Origin: Octopus sinensis
Taxonomy: Eukaryota
Direction of reading: 5' to 3'
Assembly: GCF_006345805.1 (NCBI RefSeq)
Contig: NC_042998.1
Coordinates: 155,372,001-155,436,000 of the forward strand
Length of the DNA stretch: 64,000 bases
Shown here: positions 1-11,440 of the stretch, one piece after another
How the letters are laid out: every line of letters starts with the position of its first letter
How positions within the stretch are numbered: the first letter of the stretch is position 1
Made by a program: the position numbers and the translations under genes
The notes under the pieces: model-generated
The model's database searches: none
The model's input: the letters and a program-made list of their open reading frames with translations, nothing else
What the model was told of the DNA's origin: nothing

Positions 1-505
1 AACTTACCACCCCGCAGAAAATGGCATGGTCAAACGCTTTCACAGCCAACTCAAGGTGGCTATAAAAGCATATCCAGACTGCCCCAATTGGTTGGAATAT
101 CTCCCTCTCATCCTCCTTGGTATTCAATCTATGGTTAAGGAGGGAGTTGGACATACTCTGGCTGAACTGGTCTATGGCACAGCACTTGCCTTACCTGGGC
201 AGATGATTGACCCTGTTTCACCACAAAACTTTCTGGACCCAGCAAAATATGTGCACCACTTACGGACATCTATCTTGCATTTGTTCCCTGGAGGCCCCAG
301 ACAACAGAATGTCACTTCACATGTCTCAAAGGACATCAATAGTTGGATGCATGTTTTCGTTAGAAATGATGGAATACCTTCTCAACTTTGGTCACCATAT
401 TCTGGGCCCTACAAAGTAATCCAAAAAGAACCAAAATATTTCGTTCTTGATATTGGAGGAAAACAAAATATTGTCTCTGTTGGTTGCTTAAAAAAAGCAT
501 TCATC
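1..505 (+). mobile_element. Ty3/Gypsy LTR retrotransposon, integrase C-terminal part (degenerate)
   Basis: ORF 26-517: KRFHSQLK..W...LPLILLG....AELVYG..LALPG, then HVFVR.D....PYSGPYKV (GPY/F motif) and VSVGCLKKA, matching the Gypsy integrase core end and GPY/F module. Confidence 0.9.
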
Positions 506-1063
506 TGTAAGAATTAACACTTCCTTCTCTAAGCCTAGATTCAAAACCAAATCCAAGAATTCTCGATCGTCCAAACCACGACAATCAACAGGCGCGAAAA
601 AAGGTTTTCTTTATCCTGTCAAAAATTGATTGATCATCTCCCTTTTACCTGCGACCTCAGCATGTCAGGCGAAATTCAACTGGACAGGGGCTAGCCTATT
701 TAGGTACAAACTCTGTTGCAGTATGTCTGTCTTTCTAGCTGCCACTTTTTATTATAAATACATTGGTGAAACAGAAAGGCAGGCAGACAGACGAGATAGA
801 TCTATCTACGACCCAAGGTTTTGGCAGACCACGGAAGACAGAGAGAAATGTTCGAAGTGCCGATAGACTACTGTTTCGAATGACACACGCACACACACAA
901 ACATATTCATTCCTAATATGACTTTCCATGAATGTATTCCGTATTTCTAGCAACTCGTAGCAGTTGCCTACATTTACTCATAACTTATCAAGCCCTGTAA
1001 ATAAATTCCTTTCGATCATGAATTGGTTTACGTATTTGTTTACATACACACTTAACCACTACA
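506..1063 (+). mobile_element. Solo LTR (558 bp) inserted into the Gypsy integrase
   Basis: Starts TGTAAG, ends CCACTACA, flanked by 4-bp TSD CATC (502-505, 1064-1067). Removing it rejoins the integrase in frame (KKAFI|EEYLISVP). Similar to the LTR at 1971. Confidence 0.85.
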
Positions 1064-1970
1064 CATCGAAGAGTACTTAATTTCAGTTCCCGTTATTCCT
1101 CAAACAGACTCAACAACTTCAGCTTCACCCATCACAAACACCTGAGGTTTTGCACAACCCTGGCACACCAAATCAGGAAGAACAGTTCAATAGCTGGCAA
1201 GATTTATTCAAGTCTTTTGAGTAAGTACAAACTCTTCACCTACCTGTCTTCTCAATTGAAAAGTCCACAATGCCCATATCAACAAATAAAAACAATTTTT
1301 TTTCTTATGGTTATGAACAATTTACACAAGTGACTCTGCAGCACCCACATACAAACCAAAAGAAAACAAAGACCATTTTGTATAAAAAAAACAACATTTT
1401 TCTATATCAATGAAAACATTTTTTATGAACATTGTTCTGCTAATTGGACTGACTGATCATTTCACCAAACAAACTTTTTCCATGAACATTTTCATTTTTC
1501 TGTAAAATTACATTTTCTTGTACGTACATATGTTTTGCTTTGCTTTAAAAATGCTCTCTACATCACACCTGTATGCTTAAACACACTTGCACCACTCATA
1601 TTTTAACGTGTGCTATCACTTGCTCTCTGCACCACTGAAAGACAACTTACCTCTATTAGACCTCTAGTGGATCACATAATCTATAGAGTTGCATATCTCT
1701 TTCAATGTGTCAGCATACTACATTTATGCTTCTGCCAAGGCATATACACATCGCCTAACATATATTGCACACACCAACTCTGAACATTGATTCTTTGTTT
1801 TATATTTTTATTTTTCATTTCTTTCACTTCCCATGTTTTTGACATGTATTCATTTGTCTGTAAATTACACTATATCCATTTTTCTGCATTACACACAAAA
1901 TCACACATTTTCAATATCACACACATCTGTATTGTTCAATCTCTGTGGCTTTCTCCCCAGAAGTGGGTAG
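1064..1970 (+). mobile_element. Gypsy integrase tail, 3' UTR and polypurine tract
   Basis: Continuation EEYLISVPVIPQTDSTT...WHTKSGRTV (TRSGR-like integrase tail motif). Purine-rich AGAAGTGGGTAG (1959-1970) lies directly before TGTAA. Confidence 0.75.
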
Positions 1971-2623
1971 TGTAAAAACTAACACTTTCTTTTTCCGAAC
2001 TGAGATTCAAAACCGAATCTAAGGATTCTCATTCAGCTGATCCACTACTGGCCAAACAGGTGCGAAAGAAATTTCTTTGTCCTGTCAAAAAGTGATGGAT
2101 GGATTTCCCTTCGACCTGAGCCATGTCATTTAAGGTTCAAGCGAACAGGAGGTGACCTACATAAGTATAAATTACTCCTGTGGTATGTCTGTCCTTCTAG
2201 CTGTCATGACCATTATAAATACAGCAATCCATCAAGGGACTACAGATAGCCATCACCAGGTGAGACAGTCCAGTCAAGCAGTTAACATAGAACTACATAT
2301 TCAGCATGAATGACCCAACACAGTAGCAGTGGCAGAACATAAACAGACACCACTAAATGACTAATACAAAACATGCCCAGTTCTACCTCATCACATCAAC
2401 ACAGTATTTCCCCTGTTTATTTTCTTCTTCCCCAACTCGAAGCAAGTTGGTAATGTCATGTAGTGAATTTTTTGGTGTATACAATAAGTAAATGCAAGTG
2501 TTAATTAGATAAATTAATTAAATCACAATCCGATGCTTTCCCATTGTTTTACTTTGATGTCATCCACATGCCTATTTCATATGCTAACTCAACAACATCT
2601 TTTGCTACACCTTTCCCACTACA
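1971..2623 (+). mobile_element. 3' LTR of the Gypsy element
   Basis: Starts TGTAAAAACTAACAC after the PPT. Alignable to 506-760 (GATTCAAAACC.AATC, CCTGTCAAAAA, GTATGTCTGTC.TTCTAGCTG, ATTATAAATACA). The same terminal CCACTACA occurs at 2616-2623. Confidence 0.7.
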
Positions 2624-3714
2624 CCTTTTTATTTATAAATTTTACACATAATGCTCTGATTGGATTTTTTATATTTAATATGTAAATATTCACCATGTGG
2701 TATATACAACTGTGACAAGAATGAAGTTAGATTTTAATGTGTAGACATTATTACTTGGATTTTTTCTGAAATACAATTATATATTTTGCCTATTTTTGAA
2801 GATTTGTTATATATTCCCATTGTAAAGTAATTTAATTTATCTTCTTAATTCAGCCTGCGATTATTGATTTGATTACTGATATTTTGTGTTGAAAATTGAA
2901 TTTGTTTTATCTTATATGAAATTTAGGGATTTTCTCAATTTTTAAATGATGATAACTTATTGTATAATTAGAATCCAAGCTAAAATGCACAAAAAAGGTA
3001 AATATTGAAGGTATAATGTCAGGTAGAAACCTCTTCCTTGACAATAAAACATAATTATAGCTTATTTACTTATTTACTAAATCAACCATAATATTTAAAT
3101 CAAGTCAGGAATGGTAAGTTCTTTTACTGATTATTGAATTGCTGGTATGCTGGCGCACTGCCAAATTATTTACTGTTGCATGTTGTAATTTAGTAAAAAA
3201 ATATACCAAAACTAAATTTTTAAAGTTTCAAAATTAATTTAAGTATATTAGAAATTGCAAATTCAGAAGGTCACAAGTGAATATTTAGAAAAATCAAGTG
3301 AGGTAAAACATTTCAATTAATTAAGAGTTGTAACTGGGTTTTTTTAATTACAATTTTAAAAATGTTATTTCCTATAATAATATAACTAAAAAATATTTTA
3401 AACCATTTAATATGCAAAATTCATTTTAAGAATATTGATATAAGAGATAAACAATGTAAAAAATATCACTCATCTTCATATTAAAAGATGAATTTCAATA
3501 AAATAAAAAATATATAAGAGATAAGGAAAAATAGTTAAAGACACTTAAGAAAGAAAAATTCAATCTTCTGTTTGTTTGTTTTTTTCCCATACATACAGCT
3601 TTGACTTTCCACCTCAGGTAATATTTTGTAATACAATACTTACAAATTTCAAAATGTTTACTTGCAAGCAACAACAAAATAAAATAGAACATGGAAGCAA
3701 ACAAAATAACCTAC

Positions 3715-3852
3715 CTCTCTCAACTTAGAAAGTTGTGATGTGCTATCTGATGTACCAAGGCTATGATTAGAAATATCATCAGGTTTAGAATTTTTAGTTA
3801 CATCTATGTTCTCAGAGCCTGATATTTTATTAACAGCAGTTTCTTCAGTAGC
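3715..3852 (-). CDS. Coding exon (138 nt, phase 0/0) of an unidentified host gene
   Basis: Pyrimidine-rich acceptor TTTCCAG, donor GTAGGT, open frame ATEETAVNKISGSENIDVTKNSKPDDISNHSLGTSDSTSQLSKLRE. Phase matches the 8225 donor. Confidence 0.75.
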
Positions 3853-4214
3853 CTGGAAAGTATAAATGTTTAAACTATAAGAGAAATTTCAAGAGACAAT
3901 CAGATGATATACTATATGATATACAGATCTGAATATCTCTTAAGATCCAATGAGGGTTGTTTGCAACAATGAAAACAATGCATTCAATCTATATGTATTT
4001 TGAGTTTCATAGCTCAAAACACAAAACATCTGCATCAACTGTGATACAGGAAAATATGTTTAAAGTACTTCAGACAGAAGTACTACTTTTAAGAATAGAG
4101 ACATGGCAGATGTATAAGTAGCACAGGGCACAAATTACAATAGAATGTAAGTAGATGGAATATGATTCATTTGACACATTTGTTATGTACATGTAAAGAT
4201 GTATGAATGCTAAA

Positions 4215-4341
4215 TTACATTCGACGGATATTTGTCCTCATCTTGTTTGTTGCTAACACAACGTTTCAGCTGATATACCCTCCAACCTTCTTCAGGTGTC
4301 TTGGGGAAATTTCGAACCTGGGTTCTCATTCCTAAGGTATT
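4215..4341 (-). repeat. PLE-type terminal segment, left arm of an inverted pair (partner 5005-5133)
   Basis: Reverse complement aligns to 5005-5133 over ~127 bp with few mismatches. Confidence 0.85.
4255..4300 (-). ncRNA. Minimal type I hammerhead ribozyme motif
   Basis: Minus strand reads GACAC CUGAAGA A GGUUG-loop-CAGCU GAAAC GUU GUGUU: stem I GACAC/GUGUU, core CUGANGA...GAAA, palindromic ACGU stem III. Confidence 0.7.
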
Positions 4342-4371
4342 TTTCGATGTTATTATTATTATTATTATTGA

Positions 4372-4927
4372 GTGAGAGAGCAGTGCATGCCATCAAAGTG
4401 ACACTGGGGTAAAATACACGAAGCCCAGTATACCCATCATGACTACCTGTCTGATAAGGGTACACTAGGCACATGCATCACAACCATATGTGCATGACAT
4501 GGTGATCTCATATCAAGACAAACAGCGCATGACCTTGCAGGTGGGGCCCAATTAGAATTTTCTTCAGGTCGAGTAACCCATTCCGCTCAAAAGGTCCCTG
4601 AATAAGGGTTGTTTAAGGATTTTGAACGAAACACCCATGATTCCAGAGGTGAATTATTGAAACCCTAAAGAATCCCTCTCAACACACAGCTATGATGCTC
4701 CCCCACTACTTCTGCTCGTGATCAGAGATGCACATATTGTCAGCCACCAAGGGACATGCTCAACTGGTTATGGTCAAACAACTGATAAGCAAATCTGTGG
4801 TATTGAGCAGAATATTTGCTGTAGCCCATCTTTTATACCAAGACAAAACAATGTACATGATAACACCTCCAATCAGTTAAGATCAGAAGCCATGAGAGCC
4901 ACTGCCTGGTACTGCATCAGGGCATTT
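4372..4927 (-). mobile_element. Retroposon-like repeat body between (AAT)n tracts, family unassigned
   Basis: GC-richer ~560-bp block bounded by (TAT)n microsatellites. No credible ORF. Confidence 0.45.
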
Positions 4928-5004
4928 ATTATTATTAGTATTATTATTGTTATTGTTCAGGTCACTGCTTGGAATCAAACTCGGAATCTTGGGGTTAAGA
5001 GCAT

Positions 5005-5133
5005 AATACCTTAGGAATGAGAACCCAGGTTCAAAATTTCCCCCAAGACACCTGAAGAAGGCTTGGAGAGTATATCAGCCGAAATGTTGTGTTAGCAACA
5101 AACAAGATGAGGACAAATATCTGTCGAATGTAA
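5005..5133 (+). repeat. PLE-type terminal segment, right arm, with hammerhead-like motif at 5047-5093
   Basis: GACAC CTGAAGA A GGCT..AGCC GAAAT GTT GTGTT. Same fold as 4255-4300, with a C>T change in stem III. Confidence 0.8.
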
Positions 5134-5710
5134 ACAATGTACATAATTCCTTATCCCTTAAATACAGAACTAAAAGAGCAAGTAGTTCTAATAATGAACT
5201 GAAACTAGATCACAACATTGTTTAATAGAAGAACTTCATGCGCACATGCATGTGCATGCACGCACGCATGTGTGTAATGGAACTCAGTTACAATTTCTGA
5301 ATTTTCATTTGTTCAATGAACTGAAGTACCAAGTTCATTGAATTAGCATATAAGTAGCTGAGACTTCTAGACACATACTCCCTTTGTGTAATTCTCAGGT
5401 GGGATCAACATGGCATGGCATGACCTTAAATAGAACAAAATAATTAACAAAAATTCAATGAAAGCAAGCAACACTTAAAGCATATCTAGTTGCACTCAGA
5501 GTTATGTTAGCACCAAGCCTGAATATGCTTTCAGGCTCACCCTTTTTTTTTTTTAAACTTGAGTTACAAATACAATTCATCCAAGTGACTTCTAAGGAGT
5601 CTCTATTTATCTAATTTCACTCATACAGTCTGGGTCAACCAAAAGTAAAATCATATTTATTATTATGTGATTGCAAACCAAAGTTCTTAACTACTTGGCC
5701 ATACTGCACC

Positions 5711-6840
5711 TACAGAGAGTGGACAAAATAATTGAAATACCACTTTGTATTTAACTGTTTTTTTATTGGCTATAATGTTCCAGTCTGTATATATGTGTTC
5801 ATATGCATTATGTATGTCTTGTACTTCATAATATAACCCTCTTTTTTACTGCTTTTATTTTTTCTGCAGATATCTACATTTAAATAAGTTATACTGTATG
5901 ACTGATCTGATTTCCAGAGAGGACAAATTATTGGAGTATAGATGGTTGGAGCTTCAGTCACTAAAACTACTCAGTTATATAATGTTTTGAGAGGGTTAGT
6001 CTCTAAAATCATGTTGGCATTCTAAAACCAGAGTAAAACCAGGTTTGGCAAGCATATTTCTGGACAGAGGGCAAAGTTTACAGGGGAATAATGACATGTT
6101 CTGTCTAAAAACCATCAAACTACAGCACTAAAAGTGACAGCAGAGCTTAACCATCACCTTGCCAACCCTGTGTCAACTAAAACTGCTTGTCATGAGCTTC
6201 ATAAGGCTAGAATACCATGGGCTGGTTACAACTGTTAAACCTCTCTTATCCCCCACAAATATTGATAGGTGGAAAACATAATGTTTAGACTATCAGAAGT
6301 GGTCAATGGCTCAATGGAACAATGCCACCTTCTCTCAAAATTCATAATGCACCCTTTATCTCACTTCAGGTTGAGTGTATGTCTGGAGACAGCCCAATGA
6401 AGCCTTTAACCCTGACTGTGTGGTCCCTTCATTGAAGTATCTGGGCTGATTATGTCCATTTTATGGTTACAAACATTGTACCCTTCCAGGATGACAATGC
6501 ACTGATTCAAAATTTATTGTTATTCAAAATTGGTATGAAGGGCATAAAAGGTCCTTGGATTGGCCTCCATAGTCACTGGAATTCAATATCATCAAACATT
6601 TCAAGTGCATTCTGGAGCAGCAGGTGAGGAGTTGCTTTACTCTGCCATCATCGCTGAAAGAGCTACAGCAGGTTTTCTCTTAATAACCATTCAGAAATTG
6701 TATAAGTCAATTCCTCAATGTATTTAAGCTGTTTGGTGATAAAGGGTTAGGGTTAGGGTTATAAAAGTGGACTAACCCTGTATTAAATGATAAAACCCCT
6801 ATTTAACAAGATGTTTCCATTATTTTGTCCAACCCCTGTA
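5711..6840 (+). mobile_element. Tc1-family DNA transposon, decayed
   Basis: Imperfect TIRs TACAGAGAGTGGACAAAATAATTGAAA and (rc) TACAGGGGTTGGACAAAATAATGGAAA with TA ends. Internal transposase remnants VYVWRQPNEAFNPDC and LDWPP*SLEFNII. Confidence 0.85.
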
Positions 6841-7429
6841 TGATCTTTCTTATGTAATTTACTTTTCTTAACCTAATATCTCTCCATGTAGAGTACTCTG
6901 GAATTATTTCCTATGCTTGATAAGACAAGATTTCAAGTTATATATGTGATCTTCTCATTTCCCTTGTATGTTCCAGTTGCTTTATATTCTACTTGAGGCC
7001 AACAATTATTTATATTATAACTTTACAAGAAGTTGTGTCTTTCTACACCAGTTGAACATGTGAATAATCACTAAAATATCTGGATGTCCTGGAATCTTAT
7101 AAAGTAAATATATTCTAATCCAATATATGATCAAAAAACGTTGTCACAGAGATAATAATACTTGAAATTACTGGACACAGAACTGTTAACATTAGAAACT
7201 ATTCCTTGATCTCGCAAGAGCATTTTCTTCAGTAGAACTCTTTATTACAAAACAGCATGAAGGGTGGGGTGAAAACAATACTTTCTGTACACACACCTAA
7301 ATATATTATCCCTTGGTTTAATTTTTATATCTCCAGCTGTCAATTCCCTACAGAATTCATGTCTATTATATTTTATTTTATTGTTTAGATGTATTTTTAA
7401 ACACAAAATATTTTTTATTTTATCCACCT

Positions 7430-8110
7430 ATCATGATGATTTGCACTGGGTATCAAAATGTTAACATCATGATTGCTGTTCAATGTTCTGTGAACACTGT
7501 AATAGCTGCAACAAAGCATATGAAGCTGTGACCAACAGGAAGTGGGTGTCTACAGTGAGGGTGATGTCATACTTCCCATATCTTCGATACTGAGCCTTAT
7601 GTTCAATTCAAATGGCTATGTGAAGCTACTAGAGATTGGTCAAACTCTGACTCGAGAGGGTTGCTGCTGGAAGGCCATGCATGGTAGCAAGATCCAGCTC
7701 CTTACCATACCTTAAGAAAGAGTCAGAAGTGGTTGTTGGAGAATTTTTGTGACTTCACTAACTGCAATTTCTGGCATCTTAATTCCCCCATTTGTAATCC
7801 CATGGACTACTATGTGTTAGGTGCAGTTTTGAAAGAAACTAACCACTCTGCTGGGAAAACCAAGGCTGAGCTGGGGGCTAAGATCAGAAGGTGTTCAAAG
7901 ATCTTCCCAAAAACAAGTGAGGAATGTATGTGCCAGAGTCTAAAGCCTTCTTGAGGCCATAATGAAAGCTGAGTGTGGCTACTTTGAGTAAACTGTTATC
8001 TCCCAACCTAGTTGATATTTTTTAATTTTTAAAATATGCTTTTAGTTTTGGATGGAATATTGTGTTTTTCTTTTCTGCAAACTGTTGAATTTAGCTCAGA
8101 CACCCTTATT
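7430..8110 (+). mobile_element. Tc1/mariner-superfamily transposase remnant
   Basis: W*QDPAPYH...QKWLLENFCDF...FWHLNSPICNPMDYYV, the DDD/E C-terminal motifs QD.AP.H and SPDLNPxDY. Confidence 0.75.
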
Positions 8111-8224
8111 AATAGCAATAACCTAAGAAATACCTTTCCTTTTTGTAATCAAGAAGAGCTCCTACAGAGCTATGGATAAAGGCTCCACTTTTTTTTTTTA
8201 TCAACAGAATGATATTATACAAAC

Positions 8225-8546
8225 CTCAGATGCTGAATTTATCTCCTGTTGCTTCTGTGTACAAGTTACTGTGTCTTTGTTATTGGCAACTTTTAAAGAA
8301 TTTGAGTCAGCATTTTCTTCTTGAAGTATAGTTTCTTTAGAAAATTCCAAAGAATGAACACCTAACTTGCGCATGTTTCTTGACTGAAGATGTTTCTTAG
8401 GTGACATTTCTAATTCACCTTCAGGAGCTTTACTGGTTTTAAATGAAGTTTCACTGGCATTAACAATTTGGACTCCTTCAGTATTTGATCCATTTCTTAA
8501 AAGACTACTATCACGAATACAGGACTTTTTGGGAACATCAGAACCA
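8225..8546 (-). CDS. Coding exon (322 nt, phase 2/0) of the host gene
   Basis: Acceptor TTTCTTTCTTCAG, donor GTTTGT, open frame xGSDVPKKSCIRDSSLLRNG...EMSPKKHLQSRN...QQEINSASE. Confidence 0.8.
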
Positions 8547-9083
8547 CTGAAGAAAGAAAAATTACTATATATAGCATTTACAGGAAGTTTTATTTTTTAT
8601 TCTGATATGTAAATGTGCTAAAATTCACAAGAATACACATTCTTAAATGAAAGAATATTTTAATAAAATTTGAAGTATTTTGTAATATAAGAGATATTTT
8701 CCTCTCTTCATCTTACTAAACCCCTATTATTTCAGGTTAGACAGCCTAAACACAATAATTTTTGCAGCATTTCAATTTGTAGTCCCAAAATTATATTTTG
8801 CTCTGTACAAAAGAAATCAAGTAAAACATTTTAAAGAAAGAAAATAACTAAAACAAAGACGAGTGACTACAATGCCCTGCTTTCGCTTACACACACAAGA
8901 AAATGAACAACTATTTGAAAAAGCATTAATACTAAATGAAATATGTTCTAGGTACCAATTGCACTTAAAATATACATTTAATACCCTGTAACCAGAAATT
9001 AAATTTTATTTTATTTTTCTTGATGCTAATAAAACCTAAATAAAAACATACGTAAACTTCATTAAAAAATTAATTAGTGTATA

Positions 9084-9477
9084 TAGGCGCAGGAGTGACT
9101 GTGTGATAAGTAGCTTGCTAACCAACCACATGGTTCCGGGTTCAGTCCCACTGCGTGGCATCTTGGGCAAGTATCTTCTGCTATAGCCCCGGGTCGACCA
9201 AGCCTTGTGAGTGGATTTGGTAGACGGAAACTGAAAGAAGCCTGTCGTATATATGTATGTATATATATATGTGTGTGTGTATGTGTTTGTCCCCCTAGCA
9301 TTGCTTGACAACCGATGCTGGTGTGTTTACGTCCCCGTCACTTAGCAGTTCGGCAAAAGAGACCGATAGAATAAGTACTGGGCTTACAAAGAATAAGTTC
9401 CGAGATTGATCTGCTCGACTAAAGGTGGTGCTCCAGCATGGCCGCAGTCAAATGACTGAAACAAGTAAAAGAGAGTA
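9084..9477 (+). mobile_element. tRNA-derived SINE with internal (AT)/(GT) microsatellite
   Basis: tRNA-like head with B-box-like GGTTCAGTCC. Other copies at 43590-44170 (-), 59708-59880 (+) and a fragment near 61800-61900 (-). Confidence 0.85.
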
Positions 9478-9739
9478 TGTATGGTACATAAAGTTGCACT
9501 GTAAAATTAGTGATATGTATATGCATAGTTCATGCAAAAAAAATATAAGTAAAAAAGTGAATAAAATATGTTATCATTATTATTAAAAATAAAATTTTGA
9601 TTGCAATGTATATATTTCAAAATATATATTTTTTGAGATTTTTTCTTTTACTGGTTTCAGTCATCCACATCAACAACATTTTTATTGCTATACAAATTTG
9701 GACAGATCAGCTTAATTCTACCTTGTGTAGTTATATTAA

Positions 9740-9959
9740 CCCTTTCGTTAGTGTATTTATTTTGAGATGCTCTGTGTTTCTTTCAATTACTTTAAATATA
9801 AGAAAGGATTTAGTAAAATAACTTAGTTATCATTCAGCTAGTGTTAGGAACATAAATTGTGACTAAGATTTGGTGGAAGATTTTAATTCAAAACTCATGA
9901 AAACAAGATATTTGTACCCAGAGCCAGAGCTGGTTTCAGCCAGGTTGGTAATGAAAAGG
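9740..9959. mobile_element. piggyBac-type MITE
   Basis: TTAA on both sides (9736-9739, 9960-9963). Imperfect TIRs CCCTTTCGTTA / TAATGAAAAGG. Confidence 0.75.
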
Positions 9960-10124
9960 TTAAAAAGTGTTATAATTTCCTTTTCTTTGGTCAGAAAAAT
10001 GAATAACCACTCTGCAGTTTAACCATAGAATCTTTTTTATAGTGAAACTAAACATGAGTGTTTACAAAAAAATTTTCTTCACATTCACTTTAGTTCCTTC
10101 TCTCATTCTCTTTCTCTATCCATT

Positions 10125-11215
10125 TATCAGCCCTCATTCACGATACTTTTAATCACTGAAGTAGTGTCGAAAACTGTTTTTTGGTAACCATGGATGTTTG
10201 TTCCCTATATCCCAATACTGACCATGATGACAGGGTGGAAGTATGCATGAATACCTTCAAAAGATGGTCAAACAAAAGTATTCCATCTAATTTTCTCTCT
10301 AAGTTATTGAAGTTTGGATAAAAATTTTACCACCAGATAAGGGGTTGCGCCTTGGGTACCCTTATGGTAGTTAATTTCACTCATGTCTTTATGATGAAAT
10401 TCAATACACAATTACTGAAGACATTCAAATCCTTGCATGGTAATGGATCAATATTCCAGTTACAGTTCATTGATGACATCTTTTTTGTCTGGGACAGACA
10501 AAAGGACAGTTTAATCACAGGACAGTTTAATTAATTTCATGCATTTCTGTGACTGTTACACTAAAAATTATGGCTTTAAGTTCAATATAAAATTTACATC
10601 TATTTTTCCAAAACCTAGCGTTGAATTTTTGGACACAAAAGTTTTCTGGGAGCAGAATAGTGATAGAATTAGGTAAGTCAAACTTCCACGCGTAATATTA
10701 GCAACCAAAGTAAAGTATGTGATATAATTCCTTTGGTGATTAACTGGCACTGAAATTTCACAGGCATTTCAAATGTTACATGAAAGTTACCAGCATATTG
10801 CAGAAAAATAAACTTATTTCAAACAAATGTTCTCTTAGCCATTTGTAGACTTTAGATAGAATAAAAATACAAGAGAAATATAAACCACTACTTCTAACTT
10901 CAAGAAAACTAACATTGGAGTTTCTGAATGCTGTACCTTGAAAAACAGCCACAAGAGAGGTAAACCCTGTTCATTGTGAAATAACATGAGCCAAGTGAAT
11001 TCCATCAGAAATCATAACAGAAATGTTATGATTTACACAGAAGATGGGACGTGTAAAGATTCCCATTTGGTGTACAGAGCAGAATGCACAATCAAGTGGC
11101 TGCAATTTTGAGAAACACCTGAAAGTGCACATTCTCAGGAAATATTCTGAATCTACTACATGAGGACAAATATGCTTGTGAGTTACTAACATCACACTCT
11201 GGAGGAATGATAGGT
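10125..11215 (+). mobile_element. Penelope-like element: RT and GIY-YIG remnant
   Basis: LVTMDVCSLYPN, RGCALGT, FIDDIFFVW, KF..FLD motifs, then CSL...TCKDSHLVYRAEC....*ET and a terminal GGM resembling the PLE endonuclease end. Many stops and frameshifts. Confidence 0.8.
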
Positions 11216-11440
11216 AATTTCATCACATTTACACAAAGCTGTTTGACTAAATTTTTTTTTTTTCTTTTTCCTTTTGCCAGTTGCAAAACTGAAGACTGGT
11301 GATGTCATTCTGCCAAAGTGGGAATGCAGAATTTCTTTGTTTATATTTTTGAATTTCTGTGTTTCTTCATTTAAAATTTTGAACTTGAAAAAAAAAACAG
11401 ATGAGCTGTTCAAATATCATTCAAATCAATAAAATATCTT

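Noticed and set aside
3644-3660. Minus-strand micro-exon starting with TAA after exon 3715
   Set aside because: It would need a 54-nt intron and gives an immediate stop, yet is followed by another donor; most likely chance.
6741-6762. (TTAGGG)n telomeric repeat, with degenerate versions near 17330-17380 and 62400-62470
   Set aside because: Only 2-3 units or highly degenerate, and embedded in TE relics; no evidence of an interstitial telomere.
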